Positions 24,835 through 37,662 of a DNA stretch of 64,000 bases are shown one piece after another (within the stretch, counting starts at the first letter, position 1; each line of letters begins with the position of its first letter). This DNA is from Vitrella brassicaformis CCMP3155 (Eukaryota > Protista > Chromerida). The position numbers and the translations under genes were made by a program. Location of the stretch: NCBI GenBank assembly GCA_001179505.1, contig CDMY01000217.1, forward strand, positions 100,152 through 164,151, written 5' to 3'. The notes under the pieces were generated by a model. That model did not search any database, was not told the origin of the DNA, and saw only the letters and a program-made list of their open reading frames with translations.

Positions 24835-26388
24835 ATGAAGCGTGCTGCAGCCGCTGCGCCATCCAGCAGACGTGGCAAGGCGCCGCGCCGTGATAGTAGC
24901 CGGCCGGAGGTGTCATCAGCAGCTGCTGCTCGTGGTCCCTTCGACGCGGCTGAGTATCGTCCCGGCGGCAGCTTCGGCACATCGCAGCTTCGGTTTGGCA
25001 CGTCAGGATACCACTTCGGTACGCTCTGCATGCATCGGCGCGGACACACAAACAGACAACAAGGATGGACAGCGCACCCGGTCCGGCAGATCTACGGGCT
25101 TGATCATTGTGCTGCATGCGCTGGTGTGTGCAGAGCACTGGTGTGGGACGTACTACCCCGACAATCTCAAGAAGAAGCCCAAAGAGCAGTTCAAATGGTG
25201 AGGCATTCTCTCTCTCTCGCTGGTGTGCGCCTGCACTGACCTGCCTCTCTTTGTGTATGCAAACAGGTATGCGGCCGAGTTCGATTGTGTGGAGATCAAC
25301 GCCACCTTCTACACGATCCCTGAAGCCTCGCAGTGGCGCAACTGGAAGGTGTGGACGGGCTCACGGGCAGACACCGTGGCTGTGCTGGTGTGTGTCACCT
25401 GTCTGTCTGTCTGTCCGTCCGTCTGTCTGTCTGTCGTGCAGGCCTCTGCACCCCGGGAGTCGTTCATGTACATCATCAAGGCCAACAAGGTCTGTCAATC
25501 GACTCACACAGAGACCGAGCCGACCTGACGCATACGTATGAGTGTGTGTGTTCTGCAGTACTTCACCCACCAGAAGAAGTTGATAGCCGACGAGGCCTTC
25601 ACGGAGAGGTGGGAGACCTTCTACAGCCGCTGCCAGCTGCTGGGCGACCACCTGGGGCCCATCCTGTTCCAACTGCCGCCCGCATTCAAGTGCAACGCCC
25701 AGCGACTTGCCGACCTGGCCACCGTTCTGCCCAAAGACGGTAGGCACGCGAGCTGCAGACACTTGACACACCCACACACACAATGACCTATGTCTGTGTG
25801 TGTGTTTGGTGTTTTGTGTGCAGGTCGTTTCGTGTTTGAGTTTCGCCATCCGTCGTGGTTTTGCGAGGAGGTGTACAGCGTGCTGCGGGCCAACGACTGG
25901 TGCCTGGCGCAGATTCACCTTCACAACTGCAGCGAGGGCGGCGGGGGCAAAATGTGGGCCGGCGACATGCAGAGCGGTGGGTCCTTCGCCCAGCCATGCA
26001 CACCATTCAGCCACCCACGTCATCCTCTGTGTCGATGTGTGTGTCAGGGTGGCACCCGAAGCGCGAGGAGCACTCGTGCTGCTCGTGGGGGCTCTATTAC
26101 CGCCTGCACGGGCCGAGCGGCCAGTACATCGGCAGCTACGACGCACAGGAGATGCAGGCAGTAGCGATGGAGATGCTCGCCTTCACGTCTGGCCAGGGCC
26201 AGGAGAGCACCACCCAGCGGCGGGCCTTCTGCCTCTTCAACAACACCGACGCCGGCACGCCGCCCGGCGCCATAAGCGACTGCCGCACCGTGGCTCACTT
26301 CTGCGCCAACCCTGGTATGTTGGATGGATGGATGGATGGATGTGTCTTATGTGTCCTGTGTGTCATTTGTGCAGGTCAGTTGGGTTAG
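24835..26388 (+). CDS. DUF72 (YecE-like) TIM-barrel protein, ~8 exons
   Basis: LRFGTSGYHF | EHWCGTYYP.. | YAAEFDCVEINATFYTIP | F..IIKANK | YFTH..LGDHLGPILFQLPPAF | RFVFEFRHPSWF | YYRLHGPSGQYIGSY..AFCLFNNT. The motifs appear in the order expected for DUF72. Confidence 0.9.
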
Positions 26389-27444
26389 CGTTAGTGGTTG
26401 GCCTCCCACCTAGCAGAGCACACGGCCGATTGAGAGGTCAGATATATAGAGGGAGGAGTGACGACCGGTCTGACACACAAACAAGGGAGACAGACAGTTG
26501 CGGGGACCTGATGGAGGGGCTCTGGGCTGACTGGGTGCGCCATAGTAGAGGCGGCCGGGCGGGGACGGAGGGAGAGGGGTGTCGACTGGCTTGTGTGTGT
26601 ATATCTATCCGTATTTGTTGTCGTCTGTAGAGAAAGCAAGGTGGCATTATGTGGGTGGGGGGTGTGTGGAGGCTGACACACCTCACAAATGGTCGGCCGT
26701 ATGTACCTCTTTATTCCCGTGTGCCTTGATGTATGGTATGTGGGTATGTTTGCAATGGACCTCACACCACATACTGATGAGTGGCTTGAATGCGGTCTGT
26801 CTACCAGGGTCAAAGTCAGCTGCGCCATGCATGATACACGGACACAAATGCATAAACGTACCGAGGCGCTCTGTCTAGCCAGGTGAGGTCAGGCCAGGCC
26901 AGGCAGACACCACCGTGACGAAGAAACCCCACTCACTCATATACATCGCTGCGACCATCGATCGAGCCCATCCATCCACCAGACTGCAAACCGAAAAGAC
27001 ACATTCCTTCATTCATTGATTGGATCTTTGACATGGTTGGTTCATCTCAATGAATGTCCGTCAAGCTGACATCGGATATGCAGAAGACGATAGCTCGCCA
27101 GTCATGTCGTCACTAAAGACACGAACTGTACAAACAGACCTCTATGTGTCCAACAGACAGCGACTGCCAGAGCGACAAGGTATACACAGCAGGGCCATCA
27201 TGGCAGCAGCCACATCCCTTCTCGCCACACGACACCATCAGCGTACAGCTATGCGGCCCAAATAGCTAGCTAGCTACATAAACGTACCGCGACGAATTAT
27301 TCAACACCCATTGGCTGATTCTACGCATCAGGCGATCCATCCCTTCTGCGCCGCACCGACCTCCAAAGTCAGTCACCGCGCCACCCAATCCCTCGGGTGT
27401 GTATACAGACAGGGAGAGCGAGAAATGTATCCGCCCATCGACTC

Positions 27445-27620
27445 ACTCCCCGACCACGTGCACCACCTCTATCTCATCCGCATGGAAGTGCTCCGACCCG
27501 CCCATCCTCCCCCGTACACCCCACATGCAAATCATCGCTCCAGGTGTACTGACTGCACGCAGCTGCGGATGCCGGGACACTCACCGGCGCGTCGGACAGA
27601 CACCCCATCCCACCCAGACG
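27445..27620 (-). pseudogene. Decayed TLDc C-terminal fragment with two frameshifts
   Basis: IRSCVQ / QYTWSDDLHVGCTGE / GGSEHFHADEIEVVHVVGE* lie in three different frames. Confidence 0.7.
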
Positions 27621-27700
27621 CAACAGAAAGTCACACATCGGTCCATCCACTCACATGAACCACAGGCAAACAGATCGCTCTCTCTCTGCATGTGCCTGTC

Positions 27701-28831
27701 CATTCCCTCGCCCGCCCCCCTGTGCGCATCTCTTTCACCGCCCGGCAACCCTAAAGCACCAACACCCTTCGTGGGCTGACGCTCCAGATTGCCGACCGAC
27801 ATCAGAGATGCCCACAGAGAGNNNNNNNNNNNNNNNNNNNNNNNNNNNNNNNNNNNNNNNNNNNNNNNNNNNNNNNNNNNNNNNNNNNNNNNNNNNNNNN
27901 NNNNNNNNNNNNNNNNNNNNNNNNNNNNNNNNNNNNNNNNNNNNNNNNNNNNNNNNNNNNNNNNNNNNNNNNNNNNNNNNNNNNNNNNNNNNNNNNNNNN
28001 NNNNNNNNNNNNNNNNNNNNNNNNNNNNNNNNNNNNNNNNNNNNNNNNNNNNNNNNNNNNNNNNNNNNNNNNNNNNNNNNNNNNNNNNNNNNNNNNNNNN
28101 NNNNNNNNNNNNNNNNNNNNNGGCAGCCAGACCGACCGACACGCAAAGCCCCACAACACAACACAGTGAGATCGACGCACATACGACCAAAAGGCGACAT
28201 AGTGAGGGATTCAGTTCAGTTCAGTCAGCCCGTCCGTCGGCTCATCGGCCGATCTCTCTCCCTTCAGCACATATCATCGCCATCAGCGCGTCGAAGCCAT
28301 CAGAGAGCCACTCAGACAGACACACACTGAGGACAGACAGACAGACAGACATCTGTGTGTGTGAGTCCTGCCTGTGTCCCAATGTGTGTGTGTGCCCATC
28401 TCTCTCTGTGTACCAGTTGGTCGAGTGCAGTGTTGTCGCCAAGCACCGCCGCCCCGCACCGCCACACGACATCTGCAGCACACGACACACACAGACAGAT
28501 GACCACCACCACCGCCAGTCATCACAGCGCCATGCATCACCTGACTGACTGACTGCCACGGACCGATGTCTGTCTGTCAGTGCCGCCAGCAGCCGCCCCG
28601 TGTGTTTTTCGGTGAGAGCGCCCGGGAACAGAGAACCGGAGGGAGAGAGGAAGGGGTGAGGGCAGATGACAGATCTCGTGCAGTGGGCCGTCAGGAGGGC
28701 TGACAACGGGCCGACGGGGCAGGGCGGAGGTTTTGTCGTTGGAGATGTCAACAGCCACTTCGTGGTGGCATCTTTCATTTCAACGCACCGCGGCAGGGTT
28801 TGGGGGTTACAGGGTAGGGTCTCAAACCCTG
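27701..28831 (-). repeat. Repeat family copy R1 (contains gap 27822-28121)
   Basis: Starts cattccctcgcccgccc..ggcaaccctaaagcacc and ends cagggtttg..caaaccctg. Confidence 0.9.
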
Positions 28832-29112
28832 GAGAGACAAATTGTTGGTTGAGCTCTGAGAAGAATACAGCTGCGCCAGATAGCTGCTGACGTGTCTGCG
28901 GTGGAAACACGTCACCGAACGGCCGCAGCGAACTCATAGCAGGTATGCCACTGCACAGAGAGAGCGATGGCGGGGCACTGCACTCGTCATTCATCGCATT
29001 TGCGCTGCTGTGTGTTGCCAGGGCCCTCGCCCTGCTGCTGCGGCAACTCGCCCCTGACCTGACGGCATATAGTAGCATAGCACAGAGTAGATAGAGCACA
29101 ACAACTACCGTG

Positions 29113-30516
29113 ATGGCAGGCATGAAGCGCAAGGAGCCGCCCTGCAGCTCGGCTGATGACGACGGCGACACATGCGCCGTGTGTTTCAGCGAGTGGGAGA
29201 TCGAGGGCGACCAGATGCCGCTGAACCTCGGCAGCTGCGGTGAGGGGCGGACACACACATGAGTGGGCCGCAGCTGTGCAATGCGTTTCCTCTCGTTTGC
29301 GTGTTGATGGATGTGATGGATGCAGATCACGCACTCTGCAAAGAGGTGAGCGTACAGCAAACACACGTTGTGAAGCCGCCAGAGAGGCAGTCATATTTGG
29401 CTGTGTGGGTGCGCTTGTGCAGTGTGTGAGACGATGGGAGCAACCCAATGGAAGCGTCATATGCCCCACCTGCAGGTAGCCGAAGTGGACACACGAATGA
29501 CATATGCTCACAGCCACTTCCTCACTCTCTCTGTCTGTGTCATGCGACGCAGGGTGGTTAGCACGGCGGCCTGCATTACCAAGTCCTACGGCATGATCAA
29601 GCTGCTCAAGTATCAGCAGAAGGAGGAAGCCTCCACACGCATCAACGAGTAAGACTGAAATAGAGCCAGCCATCACATCACGGCCGATCTGGGGTCGCCA
29701 TTCTTTGCTTGCACTGCGCTGTTTGTGTGCAGGCTGGAGGGCCGTGTGGGCGAGCTGAGGGTGGGCAAGGCGTCGCTGCAGTCGCTCCACAAGCCACTGG
29801 TGCGCACAAGCAGGCCGGCTGATGGATGGATGGATGTTCTCTGGTGGGTATGGTGGTATTGGTTGTGTGCAGGTGTGTGTGCCTCTGGGCAGCTCGCTGA
29901 CCGAGTCCGAGTTCAAGGCCCTCCGCGGACTGATCGGCGGCCAGGTCAAGCTCAAGTCACTCTACCGGTTCGCAGAGCACACACATTCCATTTGTTTATC
30001 TGCACTACCGGATGTGTGTGGGTCGTGGTGCAGCACGTCTCTCCACGGCTCGACTTACGACAATCTGCTGCGTTGTGTGGGCGACAAGACCGGCCTGGTG
30101 TTCGTCGTCCGCAAGGGCGAGTACGTTTTCGGCGCCTTCATCAGTGCCGGTTTGGAGCTGCCTGACGACCCGACCGGCAGCAACCGGTACGACTGTGACG
30201 TCTGGCATTTCTCGCTGGCTGGCCACTTCCCCCAGCCGACCAAGATAGATATCAGCCGATTGGCGCAGTATGTGGCGGGGAGGGAGGGGAGTCTGTATGG
30301 TGCGAGTGTGAGAATCGGTGGGGGCCTGCGGTTGGGTGACGATGGCAGCGACTGGCCAGCTGCCGACATCCGCAGCTGCTTTCAGTCCACCGACAGAAAC
30401 GAGGTGCCTGAGGGCTATGTGGGGGCGAGGAAAATAGCTATGGCAGTGCTCTGCTGGGCGGGTCATTCTTCTTCGATGCGGATGAGTTAGAGGTGGTGCA
30501 CGTGGGCGGGCAGTGA
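29113..30516 (+). CDS. C3HC4 RING + short coiled coil + TLDc protein, frameshifted near the 3' end
   Basis: MAGMKRKE..CAVCFSEWEIEGDQMPLNLGSC | DHALCKE | CVRRWEQPNGSVICPTCR | ..LEGRVGELRV.. | VCVPLGSSL..KSLYR | TSLHGSTYDNLLRCVGDKTGLVFVVRKGEYVFGAFIS... The sequence aggaaaatagc at ~30428 has 2 extra A versus the paralog, giving TAG at 30488-30490; the native end FFDADELEVVHVGGQ* is at 30516. Confidence 0.8.
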
Positions 30517-31450
30517 GTGTCTGTTTGGGGTGCATCCGCTTCTCGACGTGGGCGGGGCATGAGGGCGGCAGGTCAGTGACAGAGGGAGGGGGAGGGGGAG
30601 GATGTGTCTGTGTGTGAGGTGTCTGTCATGGGATTGCTCTCTTCCCATCCCGCGCTGCCCAGACATTCCCATGGACAGGAGGGCTCTGTGTGTGTGTGTG
30701 TGTGTGTATATACGACGCCCACGAGCTGTCTGTCTGTGTGCACAGCTCATTATATATGTTCATTCCATCGCTTCTGAGACCCAAAGAGACTGACTCACTG
30801 ATATGATCGACTCAATGCACCCGCTGTGTTGATCTCTCTGTCTGTCTGTGTGTGTGTGTCCCCAGCTGATGGCCACGTCACACTTTCTGGCTCCCTGGCC
30901 GTCCGTATGCCCCACACACACAAACAGACAGAAACAATCGACAGGGACAGACCAAACGAACCCAACAAACCACAAGACGGCCACACACACAGGCAGACAG
31001 ACAGCCCGTTTTGTTTACACACGCCGAAAAGTCTGTCTCTTTCTGTCTGTCTCACTGACATACACAGACCCACATAAGATCGTTCCCCTGTCTGTCATTG
31101 GTCATTTCTCAGCCGGCGATCGGCTTGGGCACTGATGTGAGACCGATGCAGTGGGGGGCCGCCTTAGTTATGGCGCTGCCGGACGGCTGGATGGGCCGAA
31201 TTGTGGGCGTCAGTCAGGTGAGCGCATCGACTGTCATAATGACCTGGCCGGCAATGGTGTAGTCTGCACACCGACGAGTGGCCTGGCCGCTCCTCTGTGT
31301 GTGTGTGTGTCTGTCTGTCAGCCGCTCGATGGCCACCGCACACAGAGAGTGACGATCAACACTCACTGTGTGACGTGGCCATGGGCAAACACAACAGCCA
31401 GCACACCGACACACGCAGGCAGCACTAAGGAATAACCAAATCGAAGTCTC
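29870..31450 (+). repeat. Segmental duplication (TLDc exons + ~900 bp of 3' flank), paralogous to ~41975-43570
   Basis: Collinear TLDc exon and downstream non-coding text, e.g. cataagatcgttcccctgtctgtcat and gggcgtcagtcaggtgagcgcat, in both copies. Confidence 0.85.
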
Positions 31451-31809
31451 TTTCTCTCACTCACACACGCAATATGGACAGACAGTCACAGAATCTCTTT
31501 TCTCCTCTGCCCACTTGGACATACAGAACAACGGCTGGTATCCACGCACCAACACGCAAACGACACGTGGACACATCGATCCACTCATCCATTCAGCGAT
31601 CCATCCATGTGTGTCTGTCTGTCTGTCTGGCTGTCTGTCTGGCTGTGTGGATCCCACCGATCACATTCGAGCCATCCCATCTCTCTGTCACACTGCCGCC
31701 ATTCGTCGGTGCGTCAGGCACCACCAGACGCACACAGACAGACACACACACACAACACGTACGCGTCTGTCTGTGGGTGTGCAAGTATGACATCCGGACG
31801 GTCGGCAAG

Positions 31810-34335
31810 AAGACACAGCCACTGCCTCATTTGGTGTGATGGGTCAGCAGTCGTGTGTGCGTCCATTCCCTCGCCCGCCCCTGTGTGTGCATCTCTGTCA
31901 CCGCCCGGCAACCCTAAAGCACCAACACCCTTCATGGGCTGACGCTCTGACGTTGCCTCCCGGCGACATAGATGCCCACAGAGAGAGAGGGGACAACACA
32001 CACGAGGGAAAACCGAAACTCTCTCTCTCTCTCTCTCTCAGGCAGATCAGAGTGTGTGTGTCGGCCTGTCCGTCTGTCTGTGAGCCGGCCGTGTGTGACG
32101 GATGCATCGACGAGAGATCAACACACTCTCGCGAGCAAGCATCACAGACGGCCTGATAACAGACAGACGGCCACCGCCACCCCACACAGCGATTCCTTTG
32201 TGCAGCCAGCCAATCCTCCCTCTCTGTCTGTCTGTCTGTCTGTGTGTCATCTCTCCCCCGCCCCCCACTCATCGGCCGACACACTCATCGCAGCAGACGG
32301 CTGACAACTGCGAGCTGGCGAAGAATGACAATGGCAGCCAGACCGACCGACACGCAAAGCCCCACAACACAATACACTCTCATAAACACGACAGCCGTCA
32401 GTCCATCGATGCCGTCCACGCGGCAGAGAGATAGACAGTCAGTTTACTCACATCAGCTCGTCGACTCATCGGCCGATCTCACAGCGGCAGCAGCTCGGCC
32501 GTCGTCTGGCCTTGTTCCAGCGAGTGAATCAGCACACCAACCACAGCTGACACACACAGACACAGACACACACAGACGTCATCGGCCTGCCCTCTCTGTC
32601 CGTCTGTGTGTCCCTCCCTCTCTGTGTGTCTGTCGGTGTACCATTGCTCGCAGACACCAAAGCCCATCATCAGACCGCCGCACGCCGCCGCGTAATGAGC
32701 TCTCGTGTTGTCCTGCTGTCGTCCGTCAGTCGACGACCGACACCCACACGCAAAAGGACCACGAGAGAGAAACAAAGGCAGAGGCAGAGAGAGAGAGATG
32801 TCAGCTAAGGCCAGGTAGTCAGTACTCATTGTGCAGCAGGAGTCAGCGCATCGGCCGATCTTTCTCCCTTCAGCACACATCATCGCCACCACTCAGTCAC
32901 ACAGACAGACAGACAGACACACATGACTCACAGCCGAGTGCCCCATGACTGACACCCAACAGGCAGCCAAACAGCGGGACGAATGGCAGGCACACCGAAC
33001 GAGACTAACCTTCCTCTCTCACACTCTCGTGTGCCGTCCCATATCTCTCTCTCTCATTCCCACGCAGACTGCGTCAATCCGTCAACACGGGTGGGTGTGA
33101 TGGCAAGAAGACACATCCACTGCCTCATTTGGTGTGATGGGTCAGCAGTCGTGTGTGTCCATTCCCTCGCCCCCCTGTGCGCATCTCTGTCACCGCCCGG
33201 CAACCCTAAAGCACCAAAACCCTTCATGGGCTGACGCTCTGACGTTGCCTACCGGAGAGATAGATGCCCACAGAGAGAGAGGGGACAACACACACACAGG
33301 AAAACCAAAACACTCACTGTTACCGACCGACATCGTAGATGCCCACAGAGAGAGGGGAGGACACACACGAGGGGGAACCAAAACTCTCTCTCTCTCTCTC
33401 TCTCAGCCAGACAGACTATCTCTGTGTGTGTGTGTCGGTCTGTCTGTCTGTGAGCCGGCCGTGTGTGACGGATGCATCGACGAGAGATCAACACACTCTC
33501 GCCAGCAGCCGTGACACCTCGGCGACATACAGACAGACGGCCACCGCCACCCCACACAGCGATTCCTTTGTGCAGCCAGCCAGCCAATCCTCCCTCTCTG
33601 TCTGTCTGTCTGTCTGTCTGTCATCTCTCCCCCGCCCCCCACTCATCAGCCGACACACTCATGGCCGCAGACGGCTGAGAAGTGCAAGGCAGAGAGCCTA
33701 TGACAATGGCAGCCAGACCGACCGACACGCAAAGCCCCACAACACAACACAGTGAGATCGACGCACATACGACCAAAAGGCGACATAGTGAGGGATTCAG
33801 TTCAGTTCAGTCAGCCCGTCCGTCGGCTCATCGGCCGATCTCTCTCCCTTCAGCACACATCATCGCCGTCAGCGCGTCGAAGCCATCAGAGAGCCACTCA
33901 GACAGACACACGTGCACACACTGAGGACACACAGACAGACAGACATCTGTGTGTGTGAGTCCTGCCTTTGTCCCAATGTGTGTGTGTGCCCATCTCTCTC
34001 GGCGTACCAGTTGGTCGAGTGCAGTGTCGTCGCCAAGCACCGCCACACGACATCTGCAGCACACCACACACACAGACAGATGACAACCACCACCGCCCGT
34101 CATCACAGCGCCATGCATCACCTCGGCGTGTCACTCACCAGTCATGTGCATCAATCGCCCCGTGTGTGTGTGTGTCGGTACGAGCGCCCGAGAACAGAGA
34201 ACCGAGAACCGAGGGAGGGAGGGATGGAGGGAGGGCAGATGACAGATCTCGTGCAGGCCGTCACGGAGGGCTGACAACGGGCCGACAAGGGGCGGGGCAG
34301 GGCGACCAGAGGGTTTGAGGGGTCAAGGGTAGGCT
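31810..34335 (-). repeat. Tandem repeat family copies R2 (~31810-32940, divergent distal half) and R3 (~33110-34335)
   Basis: Shared cattccctcgccc starts at 31864 and 33160. Shared gatgcatcgacgagagatcaacacactctcg and atgacaatggcagccagaccgaccgacacgcaaagcc cores. Confidence 0.9.
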
Positions 34336-34795
34336 CGCATGAAAGGAGGCCCCAGCCTTTGCCGCATTCTTTTCGCCTGTTTGTCTCTTCTGCCGTGTCA
34401 ATGGTCTCACTGCGGAGCGGTCAATGCGATGAAAGGAGAAAACGAATTGCGTAAGTCGGTGATCGAGTGAGNNNNNNNNNNNNNNNNNNNNNNNNNNNNN
34501 NNNNNNNNNNNNNNNNNNNNNNNNNNNNNNNNNNNNNNNNNNNNNNNNNNNNNNNNNNNNNNNNNNNNNNNNNNNNNNNNNNNNNNNNNNNNNNNNNNNN
34601 NNNNNNNNNNNNNNNNNNNNNNNNNNNNNNNNNNNNNNNNNNNNNNNNNNNNNNNNNNNNNNNNNNNNNNNNNNNNNNNNNNNNNNNNNNNNNNNNNNNN
34701 NNNNNNNNNNNNNNNNNNNNNNNNNNNNNNNNNNNNNNNNNNNNNNNNNNNNNNNNNNNNNNNNNNNNNNNGCTCTCTCTCTGCATGTGCCTGTC

Positions 34796-37225
34796 CATTC
34801 CCTCGCCCGCCCCCCTGTGCGCATCTCTTTCACCGCCCGGCAACCCTAAAGCACCAACACCCTTCGTGGGCTGACGCTCCAGATTGCCGACCGACATCAG
34901 AGATGCCCACAGAGAGAGGGGGGGGGGGGACACACACGCGAAGAAAACCATACACAGCTGGCAAAACCAAAACGGTCTCTCTCTTTGAGTGTGTGTGTCG
35001 GTCTGTCTGTCTGTGAGCCGGCCGTGTGTGACGGATGCATCGACGAGAGATCAACACACTCTCGCCAGCAGTCGTCACACTGAGCTGCATAACAGACAGA
35101 CGGCCACCGCCACCCCACACAGCGATTCCTTTGTGCAGCCAGCCAGCCAATCCTCCCTCCCTCCCTCTCTGTCTGTCTGTCTGTCTGTCTGTCTGTCATC
35201 TCTCCCCCGCCCCCCACTCATCAGCCGACACACTCATGGCAGCAGACGGCTGAGGAGTGAGAGAACGAGAAGGAGACATGATAATGGCAGCCAGACCGAC
35301 CGACACGCAAAGCCCCATAACACAACACAGTGAGATCGACGCACATACGACCAAAAGGCGACAGAGTGAGAGATTCAGTTCACTTCAGTCAGCCCGTCCG
35401 TCGGCTCATCGGCCGATCTCTCTCCCTTCAGCACATCATCGCCATCAGCCACCTGCATCCGCTCAGATGACACACGCCACACAGAGAGAGGAGACATCTG
35501 TGCGTGTGAGTCCCGCCTGTCCCGCTGTGTGCCCATCTGTCTCTGCGTACCAGTTGTTGGAGTGTCCTCACTCCTTCGTCACACCGCTGCACCTCACACA
35601 CCGCACGACGTCTGCAGCACACCACACACAGATCCAGGCACCAACCGTCCAGACAGCACATGCATCATTTCGGCGTGTGACGCGGCCGTCGTGTGCATGA
35701 CGTCCACCTGTGCCGCCAGCAGCCGCCAACAGCCGCCTGTGTGCCGACAGAGAGAGGACAGCTGACAGATCTCGTGCAGGGCCGTGAGTAAGGCTGACAA
35801 GGAGCCAATTGGCAGACCCGTGGTGGGGCAGGGCGACAACAGGGCGGCACAGCCAGAGGGTTTGAGGGGCTATAGGGTTTCAAACCCTTAACCCTACGAG
35901 CTGAGTTATGGCGGCGTGTGCCTTTCGGACAGCTGTGCGTTGTGAGTGTGGCGCATTCGGCCGAGAGAACGGCTTAGAGAGGGCAGCTCGCGGTTCCTTT
36001 CCCTTTGTGTGTTTGTCTGTGTATGTCAGCCGCTCGACGGCCACCACACAGAGAGCGATGATCATCACTGACTGTGTAAGTTGACCACCACGCCACTCAC
36101 AGTCAGCACACCGACACACGCAGGCAGCATCAAGCAAGCATCTCAATCCCATCTCTCTCTCTCCTTCCCACACACACATACACATCAGCAGCAATAGAGA
36201 GACAGAGAGGCACACAAAGGACATGCAGTGTGATGCGCACATAGCTCCATCCGCGGGTGTCAGTGTGTGTTTATCGACATGGGATCATCACAGCAGCGCA
36301 TCTTCATTCCCTCGCCCACCCCTCTGTGGGCATCTCTGTCACTGCCCGGCAACCCTAAAGCACNNNNNNNNNNNNNNNNNNNNNNNNNNNNNNNNNNNNN
36401 NNNNNNNNNNNNNNNNNNNNNNNNNNNNNNNNNNNNNNNNNNNNNNNNNNNNNNNNNNNNNNNNNNNNNNNNNNNNNNNNNNNNNNNNNNNNNNNNNNNN
36501 NNNNNNNNNNNNNNNNNNNNNNNNNNNNNNNNNNNNNNNNNNNNNNNNNNNNNNNNNNNNNNNNNNNNNNNNNNNNNNNNNNNNNNNNNNNNNNNNNNNN
36601 NNNNNNNNNNNNNNNNNNNNNNNNNNNNNNNNNNNNNNNNNNNNNNNNNNNNNNNNNNNNNNNGACCAAAAGGCGACAGAGTGAGAGATTCAGTTCACTT
36701 CAGTCAGCCCGTCCGTCGGCTCATCGGCCGATCTCTCTCCCTTCAGCACACATCATCGCCGTCAGCGCGTCGAAGCCATCAGAGAGCCACTCAGACAGAC
36801 ACACGTGCACACACTGAGGACACACAGACAGACAGACATCTGTGTGTGTGAGTCCTGCCTTTGTCCCAATGTGTGTGTGTGCCCATCTCTCTCGGCGTAC
36901 CAGTTGGTCGAGTGCAGTGTCGTCGCCAAGCACCGCCACACGACATCTGCAGCACACCACACACACAGACAGATGACAACCACCACCGCCCGTCATCACA
37001 GCGCCATGCATCACCTCGGCGTGTCACTCACCAGTCATGTGCATCAATCGCCCCGTGTGTGTGTGTGTCGGTACGAGCGCCCGAGAACAGAGAACCGAGA
37101 ACCGAGGGAGGGAGGGATGGAGGGAGGGCAGATGACAGATCTCGTGCAGGCCGTCACGGAGGGCTGACAACGGGCCGACAAGGGGCGGGGCAGGGCGACC
37201 AGAGGGTTTGAGGGGTCAAGGGTAG
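34796..37225 (-). repeat. Repeat family copies R4 (34796-35895) and R5 (36305-37225, gap 36364-36663)
   Basis: Same conserved cores. R4 ends agggtttga..tcaaaccct. The distal part of R5 is virtually identical to R3. Confidence 0.9.
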
Positions 37226-37662
37226 GCTCGCATGAAAGGAGGCCCCAGCCTTTGCCGCATTCTTTTCGCCTGTTTGTCTCTTCTGCCGTGTCAATGGTCT
37301 CACTGCGGAGCGGTCAATGCGATGAAAGGAGAAAACGAATTGCGTAAGTCGGTGATCGAGTGAGGATCGAATTGCCCTGTTTCTCGAAGCTCACACATTC
37401 GTTTGGCCGTTTCGGTGCACGAGATTGTCCAGTGAGAGTCCAGAGGACCAGTGTGAGAGAATGGAGGGCTGAGAGAGGAAAAGCTTGTTCCTCCAGCTCG
37501 CACCGCCCTCTTCCCGAGTTTGGAGGATGCTCATAGGGCGGCCAATCCGGACATAGGTGGGAAGAGAGAGCCAATCGAAAGTCAATAGGACACAATCACG
37601 CCTCTGTTCTCTTCTATTTGCTCGTCTGTTTGCAGTCATCCACCACGGCTGTGAGGGCCGTG

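Noticed and set aside
28794-28831. True telomere or chromosome end
   Set aside because: Only one or two degenerate units in inverted orientation, internal to the scaffold, with no tandem array.
28987-29955. 322-aa minus-strand ORF
   Set aside because: Antisense shadow of the RING-TLDc exons and introns.
32280-32340. C/D-box snoRNA reading of the variable slots (CTGA and TGATGA nearby)
   Set aside because: CTGA lies upstream of the variable segment on the plus strand, and TGATGA is on the opposite strand. A C/D guide should sit directly upstream of a D box on the same strand.
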